From a virus (lineage: Duplodnaviria; Caudoviricetes), in IMG/VR virus record IMGVR_UViG_3300028563_000022, positions 277-64,276 of that record: 64,000 nucleotides of DNA; one strand, written 5' to 3'. Both the position numbers and the translations under genes were made by a program. Every line of letters begins with the position of its first letter. The first letter of the stretch is position 1. The notes under the pieces were generated by a model, which saw nothing but the letters and a program-made list of their open reading frames with translations, made no database searches and was not told the DNA's origin. Of this stretch, positions 18,101-28,393 are shown piece after piece.

Positions 18101-21016
18101 AAGCTGAGCAAGAGCCTGGACGATTGGGAGAAATACTACAAAGACCTCAAGTCCATGGCTGAAACCTGGGAGAATGACGCCAGGAGTAGTGTTGCTGGTT
18201 TTCTGGACGCTGCAATCAGCGGGAATACCAAGAAGGCCGAAGAGTCCTGGAAGGACATGCTGGCCAAGATGCGCAAGGACTTGTTGGACGCCCTCGTCAC
18301 GATGACGATGGACGTGGCCAAGCACAACATCTTCCAGCCTCTAGCGGCAGGGGTGCTGGGCGCAGCGGTTCCCGGTGCCAGCGATAAAGCGAGTGCAGCC
18401 AATGGCCTAGCAGGCACCCAGTCAACTCTTTCCGCCATGCTCCCCGCTACCAGGCAGTATGGTTTAACAGGACTTATCGGGGGAACTGCCGGGGCGCCTT
18501 CCCTCATCAGCGCCCTGACCTCCAACTCCGGGAGTTCCGGCAGTTCCAATGCTTCCTCCTCGTTCTTGACTGGCGGTGGAGGGGGATCGGACGCGAGTTC
18601 CTACTCCAGTGGCTTGTCCATGGTGGTGAGCGCGGGGGGAATGACCTCGGACCAGCAGGCCCAGGCCGCTACCCTCGTTTCGCAGTATGGCATCTCGCCG
18701 GATGTGGCCACCCAGATTGCCATGTCCAGCGGCTCACCTTTTGGGGCGAGCACGGGTGCGGATAAGTCAACCTCGTCTTCTTCCTCTGGTTCTGATCTTC
18801 TTTCTGACCTTGGCTACGCCAAGAGCTTATACAGCCTCGCCACCAGCGGGTCTTCCGCTGCCACATCTTTGGGCTCTTGGACCCCCGCTGCGGGTGCCGA
18901 CTATTCCACTTGGACCGCCGGTTCTGGTGGGGCGACGGGCACTGCGACTGGCTCGACGCTCATGGGTGTGGCCGGTTCTGCTCTCGCAGCTGGTGGAATT
19001 GGGTACCTGGCCGGCGGCTACATGGAGCCCCAGGGTTCCGGAGCCAGTATCGCGGGTGGCCTAACAGGCGCAGCCGTTGGTGGGACGCTGGCACTGACAG
19101 GATTGGAGACGGGACTCGCCGCCACCGGCTACGGGGCTATTGCCGCCCTCGCGATAGCCGCCATCACGGCCTTAGCCTCTCCATCCACCGAGTCAACCAA
19201 TCCCAACGGAAGCAACGGGAACACCATTTCGATTCCAGCTGGGACGGCGCTCCAGGGATACTCCCCCCTGTGGGGCTATGAGGGCTTCACACAGACGACG
19301 ACCGGATCATTTGGTTCTGGCGGCACGAAGCATTTCACGGAGCCGACCACCGCTGACCCTGCGCTGACCAAGCAATGGAACCAGGCCATGAACACCCAAA
19401 CCGCCGGCCTCACTGGCGGCCTGAATGCCCTTGGTGTGGGAACTTCCGCGCTCGATAACTACAGCTTCCCCGTAGACTTCGACATCAACTCGTCGAATCT
19501 CCAGCAGGCGGCCGTCAATATAAGCACGGACATGGCCAAGACGGCGATCCAGGCGAGTGCGCTCTCTCAGTCCTTCCAAAATGCACTTGAGCCCGGCGAA
19601 GACTACATCGACGAAATCACCCGCATATCCGCAGCTTATGCGACCACCAATGTCGCCGCACAGCAAGCCGGAACAAGTCTGGCGGCCCTGTCCGGTAGCA
19701 GCGACTCAGTTGGGCAAGGTGACTGGGCCAGTCAGGTCGGGGCACTCATGGGTGGGAACTCGAATGTCTCAACAGCATTCCAGAATATCGCCAATGCGCA
19801 GTCCAAGCCCGCGTTGGCCGCCTCCAACCTGAGTGCCTATGGCTCCCAGGCTGACACCGCCATCAGCCTGATTGGAAACCCGGACCTGAACAAGTCCAAC
19901 TTCTGGGGCAGCTACGGCCAGGCCATGCAAAGCCCCATGGACCCGGCCACCTTCCAAGCCTGGGCCAACGCCGCCGCGTGGATGGGTCAGTTTAACGCCG
20001 CCGAGCAGCAGGCTGGCGCGACGATCCAGCAGGTCAACAACCTCCAGATTCAGGGACTTCAGGCCCAGCTCCAGGCCGTGCAGAGCGTCAAGGTCATGGT
20101 TGATGGCCTCGATCAGAGTGTCCAGAGTGCCTATTCCTCAGTCAACGCTCTGAGCAACACACTGACCTCGACTCTCCAAGGGCTCCAGTGGAGTTCCTCC
20201 CTGAGCCCCAACACGCCCATGCAGACCTACAGTCAGCAGAGCGCGTATTACCAGCAGCTCAAGGGGAACGTGGCTGGGGAAGACCCGAGCAGCATCACCT
20301 ACAGCCAGGACATCCAGAAGCTCACTTCATTTGCTCAGACCTTCCTGACCACGAGCAAGTCGGTCAATGGCATGAGCCAGGCGTATTACAATGACTACAA
20401 CGATGTTACTCAGACGCTCCAGAACTTACAAACGCCCATTGACGCTCAGCTCGCGGCCCTCAAAAGCCAACTCCAGGACCAGGATGCCCTGGTCAACTCG
20501 GCCAATGAGCAGATCACCCAGCTCCAGCTCGCCAACACGAGCATCTCCCTGACCAATACTGCGATCACGGTGCTCGGCCAGGACACCGTGACGGGCTTCA
20601 ATAACCTGTCCAGCGCCATGGCCCAGATCGCGGGTGTCGTGACAACCCTCCAGGCTCAGTACAGCTTAACAACCATCCTCGGTCAGACCCTTGGTCTTCC
20701 CGGCTTCGCAGCTGGTGGTTACCATACCGGAGGCTGGCGCATCGTTGGTGAGAATGGCCCCGAACTGGAAGCCACTGGCGCCGCGACGATATTCAACGCG
20801 CAAACGACGAAGGCCATTTTCAGCGGCGGCCAGCCTGCGGCGTCCAAGAGCTCATCGGGTCCCGATCTTTCCCACGCTGCACTCATCCAGAGCAACAAGA
20901 TTGCGGCCCAGGGCCACAAGGCCGTGGCCGGCGGCATCGCGGAGTCCAACCGGCATCTCGCCGGGCTCCACAACCACGCGAAGCTCGCCGCTGCGCGGCC
21001 CGCGAGGGCCAGATAG
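15131..21016 (+). CDS. Tape measure protein (1961 aa)
   Basis: VGSIYVEVRGD start, tape-measure domain (AL.HMMSKG.V.AE.FR.Q....IPGA), C-terminal FAAGG...G..IVGENGPEL. Confidence 0.93.
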   Translation: MGQVVGQVGSIYVEVRGDISQLDTDLRAARGMVREAANDISDSMANALKPNQITSGISSMVGRFSELSNYAKTAGKSFDGLGVNLGELQKLTGMASDQFGKLQARFLEVQAVKTAENALKDMGNRLQLTSSEVQKMGEQFNLSSNSIKKVQDALTGATNAGKGFGSIIENTFLYGSAYRLLGAIQELPGAILEASAKMEALRRSFDGIFGNEEGPKQFAYAGEMARKYGKDIEGLAEGYRKFSAAAEFMGVSVDTTKRVFEAVTEAITKTGGTSEDVSTSLGALEHMMSKGTVTAEVFRRQFASHIPGAMKIGAEAMGVTTAEFNRMMKAGEIASMDLIPKLVAPLERMAEGWEKSADTVLANTNRLKNDMKSLADSDAIQTWANTTVKFMDKVIKKAQEVADSLEKNRKFASRDSWGVMPEGGTDDEKLAALKTVANMPDLDKMKFYNSQLEDLGKKREAIISAYYAQGGGLNSSIGAAMPIDSQMNNLERMKKELTWVMQLKEALADTENLASKGIEVKTNTEKAEWLAKMLSDLTGTLYTVHISTEVNTDPLIKAINLIDRLYAKSAESKLGMATASMGVLTPETRQELQGRIDASQRELRGATGDRAVDLASGRLDSAKAALDHFDISLGEAKKEAADAQKAVSAQTQSRVDPYYGTSPGEFLGLGDKANARTSKYWSDFNKSGISAKMLDPDPGIAQVARAKWAAISQELADGIQKDKDAAAKKAMGAARHDLQVEKLGDTVDNYINKSLSGANSDPLQAKFDDIHQKVQGLLSRAKELSLQGGVSVQEFTDKLKPAEEAARQLAAQNQIETLFPYLKKDAALQGFWNDIYFHYDYMDAAAKKLGTTVKEMWDKMSGVGVYKVDLSNLKSAMAYAGNFGDYSKAYKAVSAKEYQDNGEQEQKVWLDLANTYDTLSSKMLETRSAMYDRVVAKAKAAGYDEATATKYAQLAQEKDAQANLAKSLNYAGSFGEYAGGRALQDTGVGTKLSKSLDDWEKYYKDLKSMAETWENDARSSVAGFLDAAISGNTKKAEESWKDMLAKMRKDLLDALVTMTMDVAKHNIFQPLAAGVLGAAVPGASDKASAANGLAGTQSTLSAMLPATRQYGLTGLIGGTAGAPSLISALTSNSGSSGSSNASSSFLTGGGGGSDASSYSSGLSMVVSAGGMTSDQQAQAATLVSQYGISPDVATQIAMSSGSPFGASTGADKSTSSSSSGSDLLSDLGYAKSLYSLATSGSSAATSLGSWTPAAGADYSTWTAGSGGATGTATGSTLMGVAGSALAAGGIGYLAGGYMEPQGSGASIAGGLTGAAVGGTLALTGLETGLAATGYGAIAALAIAAITALASPSTESTNPNGSNGNTISIPAGTALQGYSPLWGYEGFTQTTTGSFGSGGTKHFTEPTTADPALTKQWNQAMNTQTAGLTGGLNALGVGTSALDNYSFPVDFDINSSNLQQAAVNISTDMAKTAIQASALSQSFQNALEPGEDYIDEITRISAAYATTNVAAQQAGTSLAALSGSSDSVGQGDWASQVGALMGGNSNVSTAFQNIANAQSKPALAASNLSAYGSQADTAISLIGNPDLNKSNFWGSYGQAMQSPMDPATFQAWANAAAWMGQFNAAEQQAGATIQQVNNLQIQGLQAQLQAVQSVKVMVDGLDQSVQSAYSSVNALSNTLTSTLQGLQWSSSLSPNTPMQTYSQQSAYYQQLKGNVAGEDPSSITYSQDIQKLTSFAQTFLTTSKSVNGMSQAYYNDYNDVTQTLQNLQTPIDAQLAALKSQLQDQDALVNSANEQITQLQLANTSISLTNTAITVLGQDTVTGFNNLSSAMAQIAGVVTTLQAQYSLTTILGQTLGLPGFAAGGYHTGGWRIVGENGPELEATGAATIFNAQTTKAIFSGGQPAASKSSSGPDLSHAALIQSNKIAAQGHKAVAGGIAESNRHLAGLHNHAKLAAARPARAR

Positions 21017-21018
21017 CC

Positions 21019-23208
21019 ATGCTCATCTACCTCATGGAGATGACCTACTACGACGCCACGAGCCTGGTGCCCGTAACGCTTTACTACTCCTCCGGCCAGC
21101 AGGGCTACACCACGTTGCCCACCGACGCACCAGCCAACCAGTTCTATGAGCCGAGGCTCAAGGTGCCGCTGAACTACCAGTGTTCCACCTTCAAGGATGG
21201 CCTCAAAGGAGGCTCGGCCGATGGCGGGTATGGTGTGGCCGAACTCCTGAACCTCGATGGCTTCTTTGACCAGTTCTTGACTCAGAACTGGGATGGTCAC
21301 CCGGTTCGCTTGCTCTACGGTGACGACGCGGGGCCCTACGCGAATTTCAATGTCCTACTCACAGGGGTGATGTGCCAACCCGAGTTCACCTGGCGCATGA
21401 TGAACTTGAAGGTGCGGGATTACACCGAATTTTTCGACAAGCCCATCTCGCAGTTCAATTACCTCGGGAATAACGTGGCCGGGGTTGGCATCGAGGGAAC
21501 ACCCACCGACCTTATGGGTAAGAGCAAGCCTATGGCTTTCGGCGCGTGTCCCAACGTCACGCCCTCCTGGGTGTCGCAGAGTGGCCTGATCTACCAAGTC
21601 CACAATGGGCCAATCAAGGCTGTGGATGCCGTCTACAGCAATGGTATTTCTCTCCCGCTGGACACGAGCATAGGGACTGGCGGGGATTGCGCCAATCTGG
21701 CTGCCTTGCAGGCAGCGACCCCTGGAGCCGGGAAGTACATAACCTGTCTGGCCATCGGCTGCTTCGCCACCTCGGGCGGTGCGGCGTCCACAGCAATCAC
21801 CGCAGACATCCGTGGCGACAATACAGGGGGTGTCTACGTCAGCACCGTGGCGGATATTTGCCAGCGGATAGTCACCACCTACACGCAGCGCCCGCGGAAG
21901 AACTACCTCCCTTGGTCCGAGGCCTTTGGCTCCGGGGCTTGGACAAGCAGCGGCTTTTCTGTCGTGTTAAACCCGGCAGTCACTCCGCCTATCGCCGGAA
22001 TGGGCCTGGCCCAGCTCACCGGGGCCGCCAACAGCAGCTTCTCCTATACGCTGGCCTTGGGCACCGGGATGTTCTGTTTTTCGCCACACCTTCAGGGTGC
22101 GGGTTCAGTAAGGCTCATGATTTCAGACCCCGCGAACGAAGCCAACAACGTCTCGGCGGATTTCAACCTGGCCACGGGTATCTGGTCCAATGTGCTGGCT
22201 AATGGCCTGGCTGTGGGCCCGCAGTACACCGCAACAGGGTTCATAACTGCGGCCGGCGTAATCCAGACCCCCAACGGCTTCTGGCGCTGCTGGGTCGCGG
22301 GGCAACCGAACTCTTCCTTCACCAATCTGAAGGTCAAGGTCATCACCCTGGATGGCTCCCCCATCGTCATCGGTGGCAGCCAGGTTGAGGCCTATTCCAG
22401 CCCGGCGCTCTACACCGGGCCAACAACCGGCACTGCGGCCGGGTCGGATAGCACGGGTTCGTACTACGCGATTGGGTATGATCCAATTCAAGGACCGGGC
22501 ATCAACGCCGCGAGTTTCGCCGCGTTCAAGACCGTAGCCCCATACGAGGTGAACTTCTACGTGGCCGCAGGGGACACCACGACCTCTGGGGATGTCATGA
22601 ATGCCCTCTGTCAGAGCGTTGGTGGCTGGTGGGGATTCGACCGCAGCGGCAACATGGTGGTGGGCCAGTTCAATAAGCCTTTGGGCACGGCCACGCCGGT
22701 CCAGACCTTCACCCCCTGGTATATCCTCCAAGACACATTCGACAGGTCAGCGCCGTTTGACAGCAAAGATGGTGCCCCTGCTTTCCGGGTGGTCCTCCAG
22801 TGCGTTTGCAACTGGACCCCGCAGGCCCAGTCTACCCTGGCTTCGAGCCTGTGGCTTGGGAACCCTACGCGGGTCGCTTGGTTGGCCCAGCAGTGGCGCC
22901 AGGCCAGGTATGAAGACATCACGATCCTCTACCAGCATCCTTTAGCTTGTGAGCTGGATTTCACTACGTACCTCACTCAGCAGGCCGATGCCACGGCTGA
23001 GTGCCAACGCCTTCTGGCCATGTACTCGGGCCACATGGACAAGTTCACATTTACAACAAAGATGGATTACGCTATCGGTGTGACTGTTGGTTCGATAGTG
23101 AACATCATGATTCCGCGCTTTGGGCTTACAAACGGAAAGAACTTTCAGGTTATTAGTATGACAGAAGCGCACGAAACAGGGCACGTAACAATCGGCGTAC
23201 TGGGTTAA
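21019..23208 (+). CDS. Tail tip/baseplate hub-like protein with inserted carbohydrate-binding-like domain
   Basis: Follows TMP; GK.KP.AFG.CPNVTP motif; KNYLPWSE..GSGAW...NGFWRCWV insertion. Confidence 0.7.
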   Translation: MLIYLMEMTYYDATSLVPVTLYYSSGQQGYTTLPTDAPANQFYEPRLKVPLNYQCSTFKDGLKGGSADGGYGVAELLNLDGFFDQFLTQNWDGHPVRLLYGDDAGPYANFNVLLTGVMCQPEFTWRMMNLKVRDYTEFFDKPISQFNYLGNNVAGVGIEGTPTDLMGKSKPMAFGACPNVTPSWVSQSGLIYQVHNGPIKAVDAVYSNGISLPLDTSIGTGGDCANLAALQAATPGAGKYITCLAIGCFATSGGAASTAITADIRGDNTGGVYVSTVADICQRIVTTYTQRPRKNYLPWSEAFGSGAWTSSGFSVVLNPAVTPPIAGMGLAQLTGAANSSFSYTLALGTGMFCFSPHLQGAGSVRLMISDPANEANNVSADFNLATGIWSNVLANGLAVGPQYTATGFITAAGVIQTPNGFWRCWVAGQPNSSFTNLKVKVITLDGSPIVIGGSQVEAYSSPALYTGPTTGTAAGSDSTGSYYAIGYDPIQGPGINAASFAAFKTVAPYEVNFYVAAGDTTTSGDVMNALCQSVGGWWGFDRSGNMVVGQFNKPLGTATPVQTFTPWYILQDTFDRSAPFDSKDGAPAFRVVLQCVCNWTPQAQSTLASSLWLGNPTRVAWLAQQWRQARYEDITILYQHPLACELDFTTYLTQQADATAECQRLLAMYSGHMDKFTFTTKMDYAIGVTVGSIVNIMIPRFGLTNGKNFQVISMTEAHETGHVTIGVLG

Positions 23209-23210
23209 TC

Positions 23211-24125
23211 ATGGCGAAGTGCATGTTGGCTTTCCCGAACAGGAGTGACACGGGCATCGTGACAGGTGCTCCTTTCGCTGCTGGGCTTCCGGCCGCCAAC
23301 TTGCAAACTCGTTTTCTCTCTCAGTACGCGCGCACCACCTCAACTGTCTTGTTTAACCCGACTCCGGCCCTTCCTGACGGATCACAGTGTTCGATGGTCG
23401 TGAACGTGAATTTCGGACTAGCGCGGTATGTGACGGCCCTGGCCCTGGTGAAGCATAATTTCAGTCTCTCGTCCCAGGCCAGGCTCATTCTTTGGACAGA
23501 TGCCACCCAGACCACCGCTCTGTATGACTCCGCTTGGCAGCCCGTCTGGCCCCGCTGGTATGATACTACCTCACTGCGTTGGAAATCGAGCAACTTCCTT
23601 TTCGGTCGGATAAGCCTCGATGATTTTGGGAATGTGCCAGCCATCTTCCTCCAGGTCATCCAGGCAAGCAGTGGCTCGGCGTCCGCCTTCTCGGCCCAGT
23701 ATGCCAGCATCTACGTAAGTGACCCGACGAACACCGCCGGGTTCCTCCAGGCCGGGCGCCTTTATATGGCTGAGGATTGGACCCCGACGCACAATTTCAC
23801 CTACGGCAACGCCTCCATAAGCTGGGTTGATCCCTCCGTTGTGGATACCGCGCTCGGCGGGACGGAGTATTTTGAGCCACGGAGCATGTACCGCGAGGTC
23901 ACCTTCACGTTGCCATACTTGGGCCTTGTGGAAGGTGTCTCAAAGGCCTTCGGGCTGACCCGCAACCGGGGTGTAACAGGTGACTTCCTATTTATATGGG
24001 ACCCGGCTGTTCCGCAGCTCATGCAACAAAGGTCCTTTGTTGGGCGCTTGGAATCCATCAATCCTCTTGATTACCCAATGTTCAATCTGACTTCCATGGC
24101 ATTCAAGATCAAGGAGCTCGTATAA
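23211..24125 (+). CDS. Tail protein (distal tail-like)
   Basis: L.KHNFS...R, LYDS.W..VWP, W.P..NF.YG, DPS......GG.EYF motifs of siphovirus minor tail proteins. Confidence 0.65.
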   Translation: MAKCMLAFPNRSDTGIVTGAPFAAGLPAANLQTRFLSQYARTTSTVLFNPTPALPDGSQCSMVVNVNFGLARYVTALALVKHNFSLSSQARLILWTDATQTTALYDSAWQPVWPRWYDTTSLRWKSSNFLFGRISLDDFGNVPAIFLQVIQASSGSASAFSAQYASIYVSDPTNTAGFLQAGRLYMAEDWTPTHNFTYGNASISWVDPSVVDTALGGTEYFEPRSMYREVTFTLPYLGLVEGVSKAFGLTRNRGVTGDFLFIWDPAVPQLMQQRSFVGRLESINPLDYPMFNLTSMAFKIKELV

Positions 24126-24772
24126 TGGCTGTCACGCTTGCCGCAACGGCGGCTATCCGCTGCTCGCTCGGGTATAATGGCACGGGGAATGGAGTTTGCG
24201 GCTGGAATAATGAGCCTTACGACCCAAACACCAATCCAGGCGGGATGGATGGCAACGGGGTGGGAATAAACTGGGTCAACATGGCGGCTGACCTCGTGGC
24301 CTTGGGTGCCAGCTCGGCCATGGCTGCATCCATCGCGGCGAGCTATTCGGCCAACTCTACCGGCTGGACCGTGGAAACGCACACGCCGATCCAGTTCATT
24401 TCATCCACACAGTTTTCCGTAGGCGGCGGCGTTGACCTGAGCATGAGCATTTACAAGGTCAACCGGGCGCTAGCCCTCACGCAGTCGAGCAGCGGCTACT
24501 GCTACGTGAGCGGGGCCAGCTACAACTCGGGAACCGGGAAAACGACTGTCACCGTCATGGGCGGCGTCGCTGTCGACAGTGGGCTCTCGGCGCTCAGCTT
24601 CGGGCAAGACCCGGCCAACGACCCGTATACATCGGCGCTCGTCGGAGCAACGGCGACCACTTCGGGAACGAGTGGACCGGTCCCGGCCGCCCTCGCAGGC
24701 CAAGAAAACTCTCACCTCTGCGGTGACGCAACATTCCACGACGCGGCAGTCGACGCGCAAATCTGGAGTTAG
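24125..24772 (+). CDS. Tail fibre-associated protein
   Basis: GA.....GTSGPVPA..AG....LCGDATF motif seen in fibre proteins; tail-module synteny. Confidence 0.55.
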   Translation: MAVTLAATAAIRCSLGYNGTGNGVCGWNNEPYDPNTNPGGMDGNGVGINWVNMAADLVALGASSAMAASIAASYSANSTGWTVETHTPIQFISSTQFSVGGGVDLSMSIYKVNRALALTQSSSGYCYVSGASYNSGTGKTTVTVMGGVAVDSGLSALSFGQDPANDPYTSALVGATATTSGTSGPVPAALAGQENSHLCGDATFHDAAVDAQIWS

Positions 24773-24775
24773 ACC

Positions 24776-25489
24776 ATGGCACTCAGAGTACCCCTTTCCG
24801 CCGCTCCGACTGGCAATGTCGGCATGAGCCCGGCCTACAACACGAGCAACAACACTGCCTTCGTGCTCGGAACGAATCTTTCCGACTTCCATGTTGCGGC
24901 CGGAACCGATGAGATGAATGTCGAGGTGTGCAATATCGACACAGCCCCCCACCAGCTCGTGGGTGCTTTCCACTACGGGGCCATCGTCTCGCCGGATGAC
25001 ACGTTTTACCAGACCATCGCGCCACAGAGCGGATGGCAGCGCATCATTGCCGGAGAGATCATGCTCGCTGGCCTGGGCCTGGCATTCGGTACTCAGCTCT
25101 CAACGGACAACGGATTTCTCAACTTCCGAGGCTTCGCAAACCGGATCATGGGCGACGCGCGCAAACTGCCACTCAGCCAGGCCGGGGCCTACAACAAGAA
25201 TATCAAGCTGGCCGCCACTGCTACGGACCTTCATTACGCCGTGACGGGTACGGCTCAGATGGATGAAATCTACGTCAACCTGACCAATACGAGCACGAAC
25301 CCGGTCAAGGTCACGCTGAACGTCGGGGGAACCACCTCGGTTTGCCAGACCATCCTAACCATTCCGGGCCAGACAGGATGGAACGTGGGCCTTGTTGGGG
25401 AATCCCTCAACAATGGATTGCATGTGTCCGCCCTGGCCGCGACTGCCAATGTCATAAACGCCCGGGGCTGGGCCAACAGGATTTCCTAA
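24776..25489 (+). CDS. Putative virion protein with internal duplication
   Basis: Two related halves (DEM/I.V...N.....TI..Q.GW.....GE.....L.....N.RG.ANRI). Confidence 0.6.
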   Translation: MALRVPLSAAPTGNVGMSPAYNTSNNTAFVLGTNLSDFHVAAGTDEMNVEVCNIDTAPHQLVGAFHYGAIVSPDDTFYQTIAPQSGWQRIIAGEIMLAGLGLAFGTQLSTDNGFLNFRGFANRIMGDARKLPLSQAGAYNKNIKLAATATDLHYAVTGTAQMDEIYVNLTNTSTNPVKVTLNVGGTTSVCQTILTIPGQTGWNVGLVGESLNNGLHVSALAATANVINARGWANRIS

Positions 25490-26226
25490 TGAACATGGGA
25501 CGCAGAACACTTGGGCCGGTGGGCGGCAGCGGGGCCTTAACAGGGATGCAATATGAGCCCCTGGCCATCGTTATTGATTCTCCAGGCCAGTTCCATATCT
25601 CCGGTAATGTAACCTCAAGATACGTGCCCGGAAGAACATTTGTTATTAACCCTTTTACTTCCCGCTTGTCTCACGTGGTATCATCTGATTATGGATCTAC
25701 CCTGGCGGGGAATACGTCTATATTTCTATCCGATACTATACTATTTTCAGGACAGTCATGTATTGCGTATTTACAGGGTCTAATTGATCTAACTACTAAC
25801 CTTATGCTTGGCGCATCTGGCTTGTCATCTGGAGATTATGGCGGAAGTGTAAGCGGGAATATGTTTGATGGAAACATAGGCACGTCAACATACTGGCAAA
25901 CTGCAAATACACCAGTTGTCTCTGGAACAACATACGCTGGCGGGTGTGCCTCGGCTTCGTTTCCAATGTCATGGTTCAAGCTATATAATCTTGACTCAGC
26001 ACATACTCTTTCATCAATACTACTTCAGTATTACGGGAATGACACAACTAATCAAACCGGAAGTTCCTGGAACAGCGCGGGTACATTTAATCCGGTAACC
26101 ACGCTATCCAGTCAATTGTTCTTCCTCCCGGCATCCGTAGGTGCGCATCGAAACTGGAGGCTGCTTGCAAATGTGAGTGCCGGTTCTGCTGATTGGGTAA
26201 TATGTGAATTCCAGGGAGGTGCGTAG
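25489..26226 (+). CDS. Putative receptor-binding protein (discoidin/F5-8-like C-terminus)
   Basis: NMFDGN...STYW...RNWRL...W.ICE motif; low-GC segment. Confidence 0.55.
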   Translation: MNMGRRTLGPVGGSGALTGMQYEPLAIVIDSPGQFHISGNVTSRYVPGRTFVINPFTSRLSHVVSSDYGSTLAGNTSIFLSDTILFSGQSCIAYLQGLIDLTTNLMLGASGLSSGDYGGSVSGNMFDGNIGTSTYWQTANTPVVSGTTYAGGCASASFPMSWFKLYNLDSAHTLSSILLQYYGNDTTNQTGSSWNSAGTFNPVTTLSSQLFFLPASVGAHRNWRLLANVSAGSADWVICEFQGGA

Positions 26227-26840
26227 TGGTATTCCTCATACTCAATAGTGTCATTATAGCTGGTCCAGCCGCTTACAATGATGCAGCCATAAGACAAGAA
26301 CTTTATGTTGCCAACTTTACACAGGTGGCCGGGAATTTCCACGCCCCTGATGGCTCTGTCACTCCGGTCCCAACGGCTGACCTCACAATGCCTCTTGGCC
26401 TGGGGAGTGGCTATGTCCTCGCGCCTGTCGTTTATGCGCCTAGCAATCCCCCCACAGGCGAGGTCTTGGTGAGCTGGACCCCGGTCCTGGCCGCCGGGGT
26501 TGTGACCATGAACCCAGTCTATGGGCCAGCGCCTGTGGCCTCTACATCTCCCCCCGCGCCGACCTTGGCTCAACTCCAACAGAACGCAATCACGGAGCTG
26601 GAGGGCAAGATCGACGCCTACGCCCAGACGCAATACTCCAACATAAAACGTACCGGAATTATGATGCAGGTTTCCGGATACACGGCAACAGACCTGGAAA
26701 ATCTCAACACGTTTATAACGGAGACCCTCGCGCTCCAGGCTTCCATAGCGACACAAATCAACGCCTGCGCGGATACCACAAGCTTGAACGCGATCTTGGC
26801 CAGTCTGCAAACCCAATATGCGCAATACCTGACTTCTTGA
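26226..26840 (+). CDS. Tail fibre assembly-like protein
   Basis: PTLAQLQQ.AI and QINAC.D..SLNAI C-terminal pattern. Confidence 0.5.
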   Translation: MVFLILNSVIIAGPAAYNDAAIRQELYVANFTQVAGNFHAPDGSVTPVPTADLTMPLGLGSGYVLAPVVYAPSNPPTGEVLVSWTPVLAAGVVTMNPVYGPAPVASTSPPAPTLAQLQQNAITELEGKIDAYAQTQYSNIKRTGIMMQVSGYTATDLENLNTFITETLALQASIATQINACADTTSLNAILASLQTQYAQYLTS

Positions 26841-26850
26841 GGAGGTAATC

Positions 26851-27450
26851 ATGCAGTTTCCACCTCTTTGGCCGCCCAGGGCCGGTGACCTTTTCTTCCT
26901 GCAATATGACGCCAGCGACCCCACGGATGCCACCTGGCTCAACAAAGAGATGCTCTCCATTGAATCTGGCCGTGAGCTCGACGGGAAGGCCACCATAATC
27001 CATGTCGGCATCATCATCACCGATGCCGGGGACGTGCTCGAAACGACCTCCGGAGAAACCACGATTGACGACCTGGCCAAGGTCTACGCCGGGAGCCTCA
27101 TCACCATCATGCGCTGGGATGGCATGACGCCGGAGCGTGCCCAGGCCGCCTATCAGGCTGTGCAGGGGCAGGTTGGTAAGCCATACCCTATCGGCCGACT
27201 GCTCACCGCATGGCTCGGAATCCCTGGCCATGATGCGAAGTCGGCCGCCATGGAGTGCGATGTCTTGGCCGCGTTCTATGAAGTGGGCGCGGGTGCAAAA
27301 CTCCAGCAGGACCCCTGGGATTACCTGCCTGAGTCACTGTACCGCGAACTCCTCAGCTCACCGTCCTGGAAGGTGGTCTTCACCGGCTCCATGCGCGTGG
27401 CTGGACTGGTCACCGGCAGCGGCCAGGACAACGCCCTGGTGAGGGCCTGA
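26851..27450 (+). CDS. Second permuted papain-like NlpC/P60 protein
   Basis: GDLFF...HVGI...GKPY...EC order; GAGG RBS. Confidence 0.6.
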   Translation: MQFPPLWPPRAGDLFFLQYDASDPTDATWLNKEMLSIESGRELDGKATIIHVGIIITDAGDVLETTSGETTIDDLAKVYAGSLITIMRWDGMTPERAQAAYQAVQGQVGKPYPIGRLLTAWLGIPGHDAKSAAMECDVLAAFYEVGAGAKLQQDPWDYLPESLYRELLSSPSWKVVFTGSMRVAGLVTGSGQDNALVRA

Positions 27451-27452
27451 CC

Positions 27453-27635
27453 ATGGCCTATGAGAATGACCCGGCCTTCCCCGAGTATCTGGAGCACATT
27501 CAGCACGAGCATCCGGATTGGCCGAAGGAAAAGCAGTGCTGGGCAGCCGGGAATCGGGTTCGTCGTTTCTATGGGTTCATGGGCGCGCGCCTAGAGGCCG
27601 GAATTTCACACGAACACGCCCACGAAGGAGAATAG
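27453..27635 (+). CDS. Hypothetical protein
   Basis: Tightly packed ORF in operon. Confidence 0.45.
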   Translation: MAYENDPAFPEYLEHIQHEHPDWPKEKQCWAAGNRVRRFYGFMGARLEAGISHEHAHEGE

Positions 27636-27638
27636 CCC

Positions 27639-27959
27639 ATGTCCATCCCCGTTCTTCCGCCTCTCATCTTTGAGGACACTGTGGCCGAAGGCGAGGAGGC
27701 CAAGGATTTTTACGTGGACTGGGGACCCTACCTTGCCGCCCAAGTCCCGCTCATTTTAGCGGACACCATTGCGACATCGAGCTGGTCAACGCCGACCAAC
27801 GCCACGGTAGGGACAAAGGGGAACGACACCACCCACACGTGGTTTTGGGTAAGCAATCCTACGACGGCCCTGGACAATATTCAGATGAAAAACACCATCA
27901 CCACGGCAGGTGGCCGTACGTACACGCTTCCCGTTCAGATCAACATCAGCCAGCATTAG
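27639..27959 (+). CDS. Putative fibre-tail adaptor protein
   Basis: DFYVDW..YL...DTI.TSSW...NTITT.GGRT motif. Confidence 0.6.
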   Translation: MSIPVLPPLIFEDTVAEGEEAKDFYVDWGPYLAAQVPLILADTIATSSWSTPTNATVGTKGNDTTHTWFWVSNPTTALDNIQMKNTITTAGGRTYTLPVQINISQH

Positions 27960-27970
27960 GAGATGCCATC

Positions 27971-28390
27971 ATGAGCAAGTCCGATACTTTTGAAGCCGAC
28001 GTTCTGAAGGACGAATTTCAGGGAACTGCTTTTAGTTGGAATGCCGATACAGTGCTTTACGTTGCATTACATTCGGCCGATCCGACCGACGCGGGCAGCG
28101 AGTCTTCCAACGAGGTGGCCTACACCGGGTATGCCCGCGTGGCGGTAAACCGCACCTCCGGTGCGTGGACTATCTCCGGGACAAACCCGACAACTGCCAC
28201 GAATGCAGCTGATATTCTTTTCCCGAAATGTACGGGGGGCTCTGCGACGGCAACGTATTTTTCCATTGGAGTTGCCTCGACTGGAGCTACTGAAATCCTC
28301 CATTCGGGTGCTTTAACCTCTTCTATGTCGATCTCGACGAACATTACCCCCAGGCTCGCGGCCGGGCAGGTTACGATCACCGAGGACTAG
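27971..28390 (+). CDS. Putative tail fibre structural protein
   Basis: LYVALHSADP.DAG...NEVAYTGYARVAV motif. Confidence 0.7.
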   Translation: MSKSDTFEADVLKDEFQGTAFSWNADTVLYVALHSADPTDAGSESSNEVAYTGYARVAVNRTSGAWTISGTNPTTATNAADILFPKCTGGSATATYFSIGVASTGATEILHSGALTSSMSISTNITPRLAAGQVTITED

Positions 28391-28393
28391 CCT